Shown in pieces: positions 25,722 to 39,215 of a DNA stretch of 64,000 bases. The notes under the pieces are model-generated. The model ran no database searches, had not been told where the DNA came from, and saw only the letters and a program-made list of their open reading frames with translations. A program made the translations under genes and the position numbers. The stretch's first letter is position 1; each line of letters begins with the position of its first letter. Source of the DNA: Octopus vulgaris (lineage: Eukaryota); the NCBI GenBank assembly GCA_951406725.2, contig OX597832.1:69502001-69566000 (forward strand), written 5' to 3'.

Positions 25722-25784
25722 TTGAGGAAATGTGGTTAAGAGCGCGGATAACTAACCCCAAGATTCCGAGTTCGATTCCAGTGA

Positions 25785-25867
<83 letters not shown>

Positions 25868-25900
25868 TAGAATGAGAACCCAGGTTCGAAATTTCCCCGA

Positions 25901-25946
25901 GACACCTGATGAAGGATGGAGGGTATATCAGCCGAAACGTTGTGGA
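25901..25946 (+). ncRNA. Minimal hammerhead motif, canonical core, loopless ACGT stem III
   Basis: cac-CTGATGA-A-GGATG(gagggtatat)CAGCC-GAAAC-GTT-gtg. Confidence 0.75.
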
Positions 25947-26318
25947 CAAGATGAGGACAAATATCCATCAAATGTAAATAATGTAAATAATGTAGATAAT
26001 TCCTCATTTTTTAAATATTGAACAGGTATTTCCTTGTCATGTACTACACACATATATATGTGTTCGTGTACGTGCGTGTGTAGGTCAGTGTGTAAAATAT
26101 ATGTATATCTATCTCTCTGTCTATCTACGTATATACACAAGTGGTCCATCCCTGCTAAGACGATTTAGCGTCTTCCATCTTCCCTTGGTGGATATCTTCT
26201 AATTTACTAATGGTATTTTAAGACTTTTGTAATACTGTTGTATTACGAAATCATGAGCTTACGGGTACTTCTCAAACTGATTTCATTGAAGACACTTTTT
26301 CACTATATATATATATAT

Positions 26319-26647
26319 AACATCTTATAATTAAGGGCTAAAGAAGGTTATTCTAAAGCCAATACACTGATTTATCCACTTATAATCCACTTGTTACAGG
26401 AAAATTGAACTGAAAGCGGGCAACTAACCTTTAGAAAATAAAGGTTAGTTGCCCGCCTTCAGTTCAATTTTCCTGTAACAAGTGGATTATAAGTGGATAA
26501 ATCAGTGTATTGGCTTTAGAATAACCTTCTTTAGCCCTTAATTATAAGATGTTTATACTTCAACCGTAAAGGTTTTTTTAATATACTGCCACGCTTTTTG
26601 ATGGGATCCTTTTCTGTAGAGAAAGGGACTTCATCCTATATTGTTAG
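26319..26647. repeat. Near-perfect palindrome (arms 26319-26433 and 26439-26553, 5-nt loop) with a one-sided extension of about 95 bp, between (TA)n tracts
   Basis: Arms are reverse complements with about 1 mismatch by eye. Confidence 0.9.
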
Positions 26648-26649
26648 TA

Positions 26650-26693
<44 letters not shown>

Positions 26694-26821
26694 GAGAGAG
26701 AGAGAGAGAGAGAGACACACACACACACACACACACACATATATTCATAGCTCATACACAATGTATGTGTTTCGTGTTTACGTTGAATTTGCGGCAGAAT
26801 ACCGTCTCAGGAGAGAGACTC

Positions 26822-26885
<64 letters not shown>

Positions 26886-26888
<3 letters not shown>

Positions 26889-27595
26889 AAACATTTTTTA
26901 AAAAATGCAGAATGCTCAAATGAAAGAAAATTTTAATAAAATGAGAAATTGATAAAATATATAAATATATATTTATTCAACCGGTTTTCGTCATTGTATG
27001 ACTTGTCAAGAATATTTATGTTTTAAAAAAGTTTTTTAAAAATTAGAAAGGGGAAAAAAAGAAAATTGCATTGTTTTTTATAATTTGGGTTTTATTGAAG
27101 AACTCAAAAGAGTTGTCTCCCCTTACTCACAACACAGGAACTGAAGAACCAGAACCACAATTACTACTACTTCCTGTCCTGCAAACATGCTGAATTAAAC
27201 AACACAACACATGCTCTTAATCCCTTTGGATCTTAACACCTCAAGGTAATTTTTTCGTGAACAACCATAAAACTCAAGATACACAACGAACTCACAATGT
27301 ATCGGAGAACTTATTTTTTAATTTTTGTACATTTTTATCATTATTCTTTTACAAAAAACAATGTAATTTTCTTTTTTTCCCCTTTCTAATTTTTTAAAAA
27401 ACTTTTTAAAACATAAACATTCTTGACAAGTCATACAATGACGAAAACCGGTTGAATAAATATATATTTATATATTTTATCAATTTCTCATTTTATTAAA
27501 ATTTTCTTTCATTTGAGCATTCTGCATTTTAAAAAAAATTTTTCCTTACTTATCATTTCTCCACGTGCGGTCAACACAACCCCACCATTTATTGA

Positions 27596-27597
<2 letters not shown>
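26886..27597. mobile_element. Penelope-like fold-back unit (arms about 26886-27085 and 27335-27547)
   Basis: Inverted arms with hammerheads at 26975-27013 (-) and 27419-27457 (+); (TA)n on both sides. Confidence 0.8.
27419..27457 (+). ncRNA. Minimal hammerhead motif, U3:A8 variant (mirror copy at 26975-27013, -)
   Basis: attc-TTGACAA-GTCAT(aca)ATGAC-GAAA-A-C-CG-GTT-gaat. One extra A after GAAA. Confidence 0.65.
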
Positions 27598-27637
<40 letters not shown>

Positions 27638-28581
27638 CGCAGCGTAGAACTACCTGTAGAAAAATACGGATTTTCTTTCTGTGGAACCGTTTTCGATTGT
27701 AATGGCAAATACAGAAATACGGAACCGTAATCCGTTAGTTATACATGTTCGGTTGACCTGTCATGTGAACTTGCAACATTTAGCTGAGATCTGTATTTTG
27801 ATTGATCGAATATTACGCGGGAGATGGATATCCGATCCAGTCACGCTGTGCGTAATACATTCTAAAACAACTAAACTGAAACATCGTTGGAGCTTATGTC
27901 TGTCTATATATTGGGTTTACAAAATCTCTATCAACAGAGAGATGAGAGCATTCCAGGAGGACGAGTGATGATATTTCTCCTGCTGTTATAACGAAACACA
28001 TGTCACCAACGAAGGTGAAAGCTGAATTATTCAATCGATGGATGAATTATACAACCACCAGAAGCTGTGATGTGTGTATTTCGACCACTTTATAATTTAG
28101 GAATAAAGTTGCGGTGTTATTTAAATGTTTGTTTCTTGTATTATTTCCACGAGTTAACATGCAACACATGGTATATAATGGTATTCAAGATTCCATAGCA
28201 AAACCAAGGGTGACTTTATAACCGCACAGCTAAAGACACTTTGGTAGCTTGGTCTTACACATAAACTTAAACGCACGTCCCTACACTCAAGCAAGCACAC
28301 TCACATTTATAAATTGGTACAATAAGAATTACTGTTTAGACCCTGCCCACGAAACCAAGTGCTGTTGATAATACCAAATACTTAAGACATAACATGATTT
28401 CACTCTATCTAATTATCTATTTATCTGCCTGCCTGCCTTTCTGCCTGTCTGTCTGACTGTATGTCTATATACTTAGGGACGCATACATACATAAATCTAC
28501 ACATAGATAGATACTTATACACATACATACATATATTCATATCTGTTTATGTGTGTGTGTGTTTGTGTGTGTGTGCATGTG

Positions 28582-28614
<33 letters not shown>

Positions 28615-29639
28615 ATTTGTGTGTATGGTTGGTTGTGTATTTATACCAATTAGAAAACAAAGAACTGGTAAGTCTAACTTCGTCATAAAAGCATGAATTG
28701 GGAGGAAACATTTTGTTTTTTGAAATACAAAGTTCAAAGTTATCTACAGAGAAGATACTTTGTCTTCCATTGTTTTCTTTTGATTAGATTCAGATTGCCG
28801 CTTATCATCACACACACGCACACACACACACACATATATGGCTAGCTAGCTAGCTAGATAGATATCTGTATATATACATATATAAATGTGCCTGTGTATA
28901 TATATATATATACATGTATATATATAAATAAATACATATATATGTGCGTATGTAAATACATATATGTATGTATATGTATGCATATATATATATATACAAA
29001 TATACATATAGATATACGAACATAAATTTACATATATATATATACAAATATACATATATATATATGTGTGTGTATGTGTGTGTGTGCATATATATACGTA
29101 TATATACCAACAGTCACTAATAATAATAATAATAATAAAAATAATAATTATATTGACAACAACATGTACAGTATATATGATTACAATGTTGATTCGCAAT
29201 AGTAATATATTTGGAAACTTAAGTAGGGAAAAAACAACAAATACAATGCTATTAAGGAAGGAGAGGTGACAAGAGAGAGAGAGAGAAGAAGAAGGGAAGG
29301 AGAGAGACACAGACAGAGAAAGAGAGGGGGGAGGGAGGGAGGAAAAGTGACAGAGAACTCATACACCACCTTGTTGCTATCTCGCCCGAGTCGAAAATTT
29401 AATTCTGAAGTGAAGCTATGCAATCGCAGCAGACAGTCACTATCTACGACTAAATTAACGTGGATTGTGTTTGCATAAAAGATATTTAAACTAGCTTATG
29501 ATGTCTCATGCGGCAGTTGTATGCACGTGTGTGCGTATGTGTAGGTCTACACACATACATATATGCATACATACACAAACACACACACACATATATATAT
29601 ATATCTGTGTGTATGAATGTGTGCGGAAATGTGTGTATA

Positions 29640-29744
<105 letters not shown>

Positions 29745-29797
29745 ATATGTATATTATATATATATATATATATATAAGTATATATATGTATATATAT

Positions 29798-30492
29798 ACT
29801 TCAGCAAAAGTTTAGATTCAAATGAATATGGTACTTAATTTAGTTGCACCAGAATTGTGTATGGTGTTATCCATAAAAATACGTGGGGTGATTATAATCA
29901 AAATAAGCAACAAGAATGACTCCGGTAATTTGGTACAATCGTTTCGTACTACATCATTTTATTAAATGTTGTAAGTATTACAAGAGATTTAAAATGCCGA
30001 GTACTCATCAGCCAATTATAGAGGTTTTCCATTAATACAAAAATTTTCATATCAAGTGGCAACATTATAGAGAAGGTAGATATATAGACAAAGATGTGGA
30101 TTTAAATTTTAAGAACATTTGAGGTAGTGGAGCCTATCAACTGACTGACTAAGATTTGGTTGATCCAAACTATTGTAAGAATATGAAAGGGAAGAATAAG
30201 TTGAAGGAGACAATAAAGATTTTCTAATTATAGAAATGGGGTAATGGGGTTTCAGAGCTCCATATAAGGAATTTATGTGGAAGACAGCATTGTCACTACT
30301 AAATGCCAATTACTACTATTTGATGAACAGATTCAGCGTTAGGAGAACTAGGTCAATGTCAAGTGGTCACAATTGGCTGATGAGTACTCGGCATTTTAAA
30401 TCTGTTGTAATATTTATAACATTTAATAAACTGATGTTGTACGAAAAGATCGTACCAAATTACCGGAGTCATTCTTGTTGCTTATTTTGAGT
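29798..30492. mobile_element. Penelope-like fold-back unit (arms about 29898-30017 and 30371-30491)
   Basis: Inverted arms with hammerheads. Minus-strand spacer peptide F...L..L..HYPISII resembles the PLE RT thumb. Family copy at 59615-59804. Confidence 0.75.
30373..30458 (+). ncRNA. Hammerhead motif with extended stem II (mirror copy at 29930-30015, -)
   Basis: ttgg-CTGATGA-GTAC(about 50 nt)GTAC-GAAA(A/C)-GATC-GTA-ccaa. The copy near 59655 keeps intact GAAACGATCGTA. Confidence 0.75.
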
Positions 30493-31705
30493 ATATATAT
30501 AATGCGAGCACATGTGTGCATATTAATTCATGCATGTGCTCATATGATTGTACACACTTCTACATAAACACGCACACACACATATACATACACAAGTATA
30601 TGTGTGGGTGCGTGTGTGTATGTATGTATGTGTGTACGTGTGTGTGTCGTTATTGGAATGAAATCACACAACATACTATATTTCTTATCGTACATAATCT
30701 CAAGCTTATTTCCCACCTGTCTCTAAGGAATAATATACATTTCGATCTCATTGCAATATTTTTGAACAATCTTGGTTAAAATATTGCCGTTGCCTTCAAA
30801 TTGCTATCAAGAATATTCATATTATTATCCAAGGACCATTTCTTACATGCCGACGTTAATGGCCCCTATCAAAGTGGTAACACGGAAGGATTCTTAAAAA
30901 AGCAAGAAAGCCTGTACTTTTCATAGCAAATTTCATTTGGATTAAAAAGTATAAATATACTCCTTTCAAAGTGAGTAGTCGTTTAATGTTTACAAATATC
31001 GCCAACGTTACAGTTAGTTTAATCATTTTCTCATTTTCAACGCCGTGCGTACGAGATTCTCTGATATGTCTGCAGAGTTTTATCATGATCAATTTCTAAT
31101 CGATAAACTATTGACATATTTGGTAAGAAAGTCTTCGACTTCTTGAAATATTTTGGATTCTTAACTACATTTAAGAAACTAGTCAACTTTTGTTAATTTC
31201 CTTTAAATTTGGTGTCTCATTATGCATCATATGAAAATTTAGAATAAATCAACATATTATCCCCGTATATCAATGATTTAATTAAACGTTAATAAAATAC
31301 TAATCCTTAATTGTCCTGAAATTCAACGTAGAAAGCGATCTGTAACATGTTATAATCCCCTATATTATTTACAAGTAATAACATTCGTAGCTTAAGGATA
31401 TTTGAAATTCCCTTTTAATCGTTACCCCTAGGTACAAGCAGTAACTTTTGTGACAAAATGATGCAAAACGAAATTTATCAGCATAATCACCCTTTTAAAA
31501 TTAAGGCATAAATGGAAACACATTGTTGACCGAATATATTTGGTATTTAAACCAGGCAGACATATTACTGGATATAAAATGGAATACCCTATATTTTGTA
31601 AAATCATACTCTGTAGGTAATAAATACAGGCGAACTTTATGTCTCTGAAACCTTTATAAATCTGTTTTCCCATACTCTACTTAATAAATACTCTACTTAA
31701 TAAAT

Positions 31706-31975
31706 ACATAGGATCGCGGTTTCGATTCCCAGACCGAGTGTTGTGAGTGTTTATTGAGCGAAAACACCTAAAGCTCCACGAGGCTCTGGCAGGGGGTGGT
31801 GGCGATCCTTGCTGTACTCTTTCGCCACAACTTTCTCTCACTCTTTCTTCTGTTGGCCTGCTCGCTTAGCCTGCGGGGTGGCGTCATTTAAAGGCTAAAA
31901 CCATGCAAAGTGCATTGTGACCAGCGATGTATAGCAACATCTGATAGCCTGGTCGGTCACGGTGATCACGGTAAT
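31706..31975 (+). mobile_element. 5'-truncated tRNA-derived SINE (distinct family)
   Basis: B-box-like GGTTTCGATTCC at the start, GC-richer body, short tandem tail TCACGGTGATCACGGTAA. Confidence 0.55.
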
Positions 31976-32163
31976 ATATATATAGATATATTCCACATTA
32001 AGACCCCCAGTTCATTTGCTATATGTAATGTGTATTTTCTCACATGGTCTATCATTATAATATCATAATCTAAATTTGTTTGTTTACTTCCTTTCTATTT
32101 CACACAAACCACGTATCACAGATGGTTGTTGTTGCAAGATATACTCACTTTGAACTTGCGTGC

Positions 32164-32255
<92 letters not shown>

Positions 32256-35011
32256 ATACAGGTATTACTGTAAATTTAATATATCCCTATATGGAAATTA
32301 TGCGACATGATGCAATCTAGCTTATTACGTTACAGATTTTTTTTTAAACTCGTATTCCTTTACGAAGTTATTGAAGTAATGATTTAGCCCAGCTTATCTA
32401 TCTCACCTTTTATATCAATCAAAACTATCATTTATTCAACAAAAGAAATTCCTGCTTCAACAATATATCCGCCGAAACAATCTTCAAGAAAGGAAAGGAA
32501 ACAGGGCAGTGGGTTGGCAGAATCATTAGAGTGGTATTTCTTTCAACTTGTTACGTACAGAGTTCATATCCTGTTCGAGTCAGTGTTTCTATTCATTATT
32601 TTGGGTTCGAGAAAATAAAGTGACAATAGATTTCTTGGATCAGTGATACCAACTAACGCCGAACACTGAAGGTCCAGATCTTGTTCTCATACAAAATGTT
32701 GTTTTGTTTGATTGAACAGGCCCATCATAAAAGAAGCTGCTGCAAACGTCAAACATATCTTAAGGGTATTTATGATTTTTTTAAATGTGAAGTGTTGTTC
32801 CTTAGTAGATGCTGATAAAAATTTTCAGCTATTTCCAGTAAGTCGAGCAACCACTTTGGTTTATCCTTAGACATTCTTATTTCTAGATGTGAACAATAAT
32901 TTTCAAACTAGAGTTGGATCAAGTCATAAATAATTGCGGAAGTCTTATAATGCCTAAATATGAACATCAACAGAGCCATAGATGTGTATACAAAAGTGGG
33001 AGGCTTAGTTTGTTCCACCCACCCAACTTCCGATGATGTAATAGAGATGGTTTCATAATATACCCCACACAAGTCTTCTCCATCCGAATGGCAGGTTGTA
33101 TGCCAGAGTTGCTGGAGGCCGTACATTTGCAGAATAGTGTGAGCGTTGGAAGAAATGCCAAACGGGATTTGGTTAGTTCAGTTCTCTACATTCTGAATTA
33201 AAATCCGACAGATGGAAAATTTATTATTCATCTTAATCAGAACCAATAAAAGCAGAATCAATCAAATGTTGGAATCGATTCAATCTAGTACATCCATTCG
33301 AAATATCAAGTCTCGTGCTTATGTCAGAAAGTAATGTTAATTCCCAAATTATTCAAAGAATTTCTTCCACAACTTTGTATGATATTTAAGCATTATTTTT
33401 CTGATCGGAATTTGCTTCAAAAACTCTGAAGTAAGCTGCCGTGATTTGGTGGCACCTTAACTCTGCAATGCTGGGAGTGGATTTGGATTATTAGTCAGCG
33501 AATAGTTGGGGAGCGATGCACTCCATCGAAGAAGTTGCAAAGGAGGCCACTTGATGGCAAGGGATAAAAACGGCAGATCAGTGGCTCGATGGGTTAAATG
33601 GACAAGATGGTCTGATATTTGAAAGATTTAAAACCCTTGAAGACCCCAGAAACATTGTCGATAACGGATGTTAGGGAATTCGTGCTTTGCATTTAGGGAA
33701 CTACAATCCGAAATGTCATTGTTATGAAGCGAACTTATTTACCGTTCATTCATTCATTCACATTATATATGGCCGTACTAAAATCCCTGAAAATAAGAGT
33801 AATGCGTAGGCATACACACACGTATATGTCTGTGTATGCGTGTGTGTATGTGTGTGTATACATACAGATAGATAGATAGATATGTGTGTGTGTTATATAA
33901 GTAGGTGCACGTGCGTAAGTGTATGAATGTAATCATATACGTACGTATTTATAAGAAATTATAAATTACCATATGAATGTATTTGTGTTTGTATCCCTTA
34001 TATGTTTCTGTTTGTCCCAGCGTGTGTTAGAGTACACGAATACATATAAGTATGTATGTGTGCATATGTGTGTACATGTGTGTGCGTGTGCTTCCAAGCG
34101 TGCATACGTTACGCTGACGGTAACAGAAATCAAAAGAAAGAACATGATAGAGTAATAACTGTTGACAAAAAGACATGAGACAGCAGTTAATTTAATTCTT
34201 TGAGAGATGTTATTTAATCGAAGAGTATCTGAATGGTAAACGCTGGTTCAGCAACATCGTTACGGTTGACTGGTGAACGCTTTCGCAGTTTCTGTTTTTA
34301 GACCTCACTACATAAGTAACTCCAATCTGTAATTAAAAGTTCTCACAACGTAAAATGTTCAAGAACATTGGGCGTAACATATGAGAGGTCAGTCATTGTT
34401 AAAAGGCATTTGGCCAGAGCCGAACCTGAAGCAAGAGAGCAGAAGCGGCAACAACAACAAATGTAGCTGGAGTTAGCGCTATAGTGATGTCTATTATATT
34501 ATCTGACCAAACACGAAGATAGATGAACAACTGCAGCAGTCAGGATAGCTGCAGCTACAACAACAGCAGCAAGGGTATCTATTATTTCATTTAAACAAAA
34601 GCGAAACTGGAAGCCACGGAAGCAGCAGCAGCATCACTTGCAGTCGTGTATGTTGTATCATTTTGAAGTCTTCTCCTTCAAGTGTTGCTCACCAAAAAGA
34701 ACGTTTTACGCGAAGTAAATTGTTATTGGCTTTCTCGATCGTTCGCTAACAAACGTTCAGCGAAGCAGCACCGATAATATGCTTGCAAATAGGTACAAGG
34801 GTATGTCTGTACGAGTGTATGCGAGTGTGTGTATGCCTCCACGCATACATAGGCATGCACACACACACACACACACACACACCCAAACAAATTTATAAAC
34901 ATATATAAACACACGGATTCATATGTGCACTTCCAAAAACGCACACATGCATATATGTAAATTACTGCGTATATGCATATGCATATTTGCATGTATGTAT
35001 ATGTATATATA

Positions 35012-35061
<50 letters not shown>

Positions 35062-35099
35062 TATGTATGTGTATATATATATATATATATATGTAATAC

Positions 35100-35132
<33 letters not shown>

Positions 35133-35631
35133 TAAATATATATATATATGTATGTATGAATGTATATGTCCACACACGTAAATCCGTATATGTGTGAACG
35201 CATTCACACAAAATTTGGCATAGACATAGAAACACGTATACTACATACGTACGCGTGTATATTACATGTGTCTGTTGCATGTGCGTAAGTGCGTATGTAA
35301 TCCCGAACTTGCGTTTGAACGTGTATGCGCGCTCGTGCATGTGTGTGTGCATGTATGTGTGCGTGTGTGTGTGCATGTGTGTGCCTGTATGTTTCGCCAT
35401 CTAATTGCTCGATGGTGGAGAAGTGGTTCTCTAGTGATATGATATAAATTTTTCTCACTTGAATAGCCATTTTCATTTCCCCTTAGCAACAACTAAAGCA
35501 GCGCATTGAGCTTAGCTACGACACTCACTAAATTTCCTCAAGTTTAGATTCGTGCTAAAGACATCACTTGGAAATTACATACCATGTAAATCACTCGAAT
35601 AATAATAACAACAACAACAACAACGATAATG

Positions 35632-35685
<54 letters not shown>

Positions 35686-35848
35686 GTAATAATAATAAAA
35701 GTAATAATGATAATAGAAACTACAATGGCGGTAATAAGAGTAATGTTAATAACAAAGGGTTTATGAAACATTTTGTCTCATAACTGTAATCATCGATTAT
35801 AGATTGGTGCTGTCGAGCGTGAGCTGCTATTGGTTACGATGAGACAGT

Positions 35849-35891
<43 letters not shown>

Positions 35892-36146
35892 TTTGTCGTT
35901 GTTATATATCTTACCTATAAAAGCAGCTTCAATGAGTTTGACAGAGAATAAACAGATTACGATGTTATGTGCTGGTCTTGGTGTTAGTGATGGAGAAGAA
36001 AGAATGTAGACAAACGTACATAAAAGTGTGCGCACGTACACATAGACACACACATACACACATACATATCTATGTATATGAGTAAATAGATACATGCATA
36101 CATATACATATATATATACGTGTGTTTGTGCATGCGCGTGTGTGTG

Positions 36147-36182
<36 letters not shown>

Positions 36183-37140
36183 AGCACACATACATATATG
36201 CACACGCACATGTATATATAAGTGATAGACATGAAGATGCGTTCACAATCTCTCGTGCACTCGCATATGCACACACACACGCACACATACAGACACGTAT
36301 GCATGTGTGTACATATGTATGTCTATTAAAATGCAAGCACATACGCACAAACAATAGCGCGCGCCCACTATATATGCCACATGTACAGTAAGACTTGTGT
36401 ATACATCCACAGATGGACCTCGAAGGCTTTATTGATGACCACATTTACATACACAATACTAACACCAAAGATTCACCGGTGATACTTGTCACAGTTGGTG
36501 TTTTCTTATTTTTTCGCTCTCAGCACAATAAATATACCTATCCGATCCTATTTACGCTAATTCAGGCATCTTATGATGGTAAAGATTACAGTTCAAAGCC
36601 GTTTCACTGTTATTTATAATTGATGGGATTTATATCAGTTCGCTGAAAAATTTGCTGAAATCCTATACTGGGATCAAACGATCATTTGCGGCAATATTAT
36701 AAGCAAATTTTTATGAAACCGGATGTAACTTTCAACACTATTGTGTAGGCATTTCCCTCCGGTTAATATGTGTGTGTGCATACATGCACGCACACGCACT
36801 CACATATATACATATATGTTTATGTATACATGCATGTATATCTATCTATCTAGCTATATATCCCTTTCTCTCTCTCCATATATATATACCCACATACGTA
36901 CAAGTATAAATATATGTGTACACACACACACGCATGCACAAACACACACACACATGACCAATTGTTTTCAGCTTTCTTTCCACTGCGCATAATGTAGGTG
37001 AATTGAATTTCAAAGGAGCCTTTACTCGACCAATTACACTTTTAGCGTAATTTGGATGATGGAGCATCTATAGAAGCTCTGGGTATATAATGTATATAAG
37101 GGAGGGGGTCTTTTTCCATTAAATATATATATATATATAA

Positions 37141-37473
37141 GGGGTAAAGACCCCCCCCCTTTTAGTCATGAATGACTATGGGATTGCACCTAGAAAGTTA
37201 CCCTCTAAGGTACAGGGCTGGGCAATGTTGTTTTGGGGACGTCAGCAATAGGCCATGCATACCAACCTCTCCTCTCCACCTCACCGATGTTATCCAAGGG
37301 AAAGGCAAAGGGGCTGATACAGCTTGGCACCAGGGACATCAAAACGCATTTCTACACCTGAGTGAACTAGAGCAACGTGAAATAAAGTGTCTTGCTCAAG
37401 AACACAACACACAGTCCGGTCTGTGAATCGAACTCTCTACCTCATGATTTCAGACCGACGCTCTAACCACTGA
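37141..37473 (-). mobile_element. tRNA-derived SINE, same family as 63201-63534
   Basis: Colinear with the 63.2-kb copy (CCAAGGGAAAGGCAA, GCAACGTGAAATAAAGTGTCTTGCTCAAGAACAC, GACGCTCTAACCACTGA). Confidence 0.85.
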
Positions 37474-37703
37474 ATTATATATATATATATATCGTAGCAC
37501 AAGCTGCGTTCATGAAGGGGAGTTCACTCCCTAACCTAATGAGTTAGGAGTTGAGTAACATTATGTGTGTTGTGAATACAGCAGGCCTGACTGTAGTACA
37601 ATACGTTACAATAAAAACACCGACCGAAACAATTGTAGGAATAAAAGATAACTCGTACATCTGTTTCACAATATATGTGCACACACACAGATATATGCGT
37701 ATA

Positions 37704-37772
<69 letters not shown>

Positions 37773-37827
37773 CGGGAAGCTTTATGAAAATAGACAAAAG
37801 ACGAAGGCAGGTGGAAAACAAATATAT

Positions 37828-37893
<66 letters not shown>

Positions 37894-37937
37894 TGTATAT
37901 ACATACATAAAATATATATATATATATATGTATGACT

Positions 37938-38280
37938 CAAAAGAGATACCCGAAGAATAGGATATCTGACTCGCTAGAAAGAGCAGTTAAAACTCCAAGC
38001 CACCGAGGTTTCTGCAGAAACCTTGCAGGGTCTAGGATTAAGGTAAAAGCTTTTATTTTTCAATCACTTTCGGAATTACAACAATTGGTGGCTTGGAGTT
38101 TTAACTGCTCTTTCTAGCGAGTCAGATATCCTATTCTTCGGGTATCTCTTTTGTGTTTGAACGTACACTGTATTCTTCTCTGAATAATGTATAGTCTATT
38201 GACTAATTTCTTCTTTCTCACTAGACCACTGGTAACTAAGAATTTTTCTATGAATATTCTTGCTACCCTAACATTTTAAT
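37938..38280. repeat. Inverted repeat with perfect 67-bp arms (37938-38004, 38087-38153) and one-sided extension, between (TA)n tracts
   Basis: Arms are exact reverse complements by eye. Confidence 0.9.
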
Positions 38281-38291
38281 TATATATATAT

Positions 38292-39092
38292 AGGGAGAGT
38301 TTATGAAAAAAACAAACGACGAAGACAGGTGGTGTACAAAACAAACATATGTATTAGTATAACTCTCAAGAATAGAAAAAGTCTTTTATGTTTCGAGCCT
38401 ACGCTCTTCTACAGAAAGGGACACCAAAAAGAAAAAACAAGGAGAGAAAAAATGTGTGTAGTGGCTAACGATCTATCATGGCATCTAACTCGAACAGACG
38501 GGTCACCCACGAGGAGGAAAGTAGGGGAGATAACAAAGTAAAGATAACCCCCAACACGAAGGTGCGTGTGTATAAGAGAGTATGTATGTGCGTGTGAAAG
38601 AGGGGTGATGGTCTGGACGTGTGCGTGTATGTATGTGTAGGTGTGGAAATGTGGGGATGGGTGTATGGATGGTGTGTTGTGATGTGATGTGTAATGTTGG
38701 GAGGTGGGGAGGCGAGAGTAGGGAAAGCACGGGTGGGGTGTGGGTTCGGCTGAGGGTTGGCGTTAGTGGGTAGACAGAGGGTGGGGTAGAGGTGGGGTAT
38801 GTTGGGGAGGGTGTGTGGGATAGGATAGGGGGATGGGATAGGGGGATGGGAAGGATAGGGAAGGTGGAGTAGGAATGTGTAGGGGTGGGTGGGCGTATGG
38901 TAGAGGGGAAGGTGGGTATGTGAGGAGAGACAAGAGGAGAGAAGAGAGAAAGAGAGAAGAGAGAAAGATAGTAAGAGGGAAGAGGGAAAGAGGGGAGAGA
39001 AAGAGAGTAAGAGAGAAGAGGGAAAGAGAGTAGGAGTGAAGAGAAGTAGGAGTGAAGAAAAGTAGGTGTTGGGGCAAGGGAGGAGAGTTGGT
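38292..39092 (-). mobile_element. Penelope-like 3' region with hammerhead variant and long strand-biased low-complexity tract
   Basis: 38383-38418 (-): cttt-CTGTAGA-A-GAGC(gtag)GCTC-GAAAC-ATA-aaag. Terminus shared with 37771-37822 and 39216-39290. Confidence 0.6.
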
Positions 39093-39166
39093 ACATATAT
39101 AAATACATATATATACATATATGTATGTTTTGTTTTACTAAAAATTTCAACAATATGTGTATGTGT

Positions 39167-39205
<39 letters not shown>

Positions 39206-39215
39206 CACATACACA

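Larger units (their letters stand above)
25612..26030. mobile_element. Penelope-like fold-back unit with a tRNA-SINE head plus (AAT)n in the spacer
   Basis: Arms about 25612-25731 and 25891-25995 are reverse complements, each with a hammerhead. Spacer has GTGGTTAAGAGCGCGG..GAGTTCGATTCC. Confidence 0.75.

Noticed and set aside
37585-37645. GACCGAAACAATTGTAGG, hammerhead-like 3' half
   Set aside because: The upstream core and stem II cannot be assigned; at most a truncated PLE fragment.
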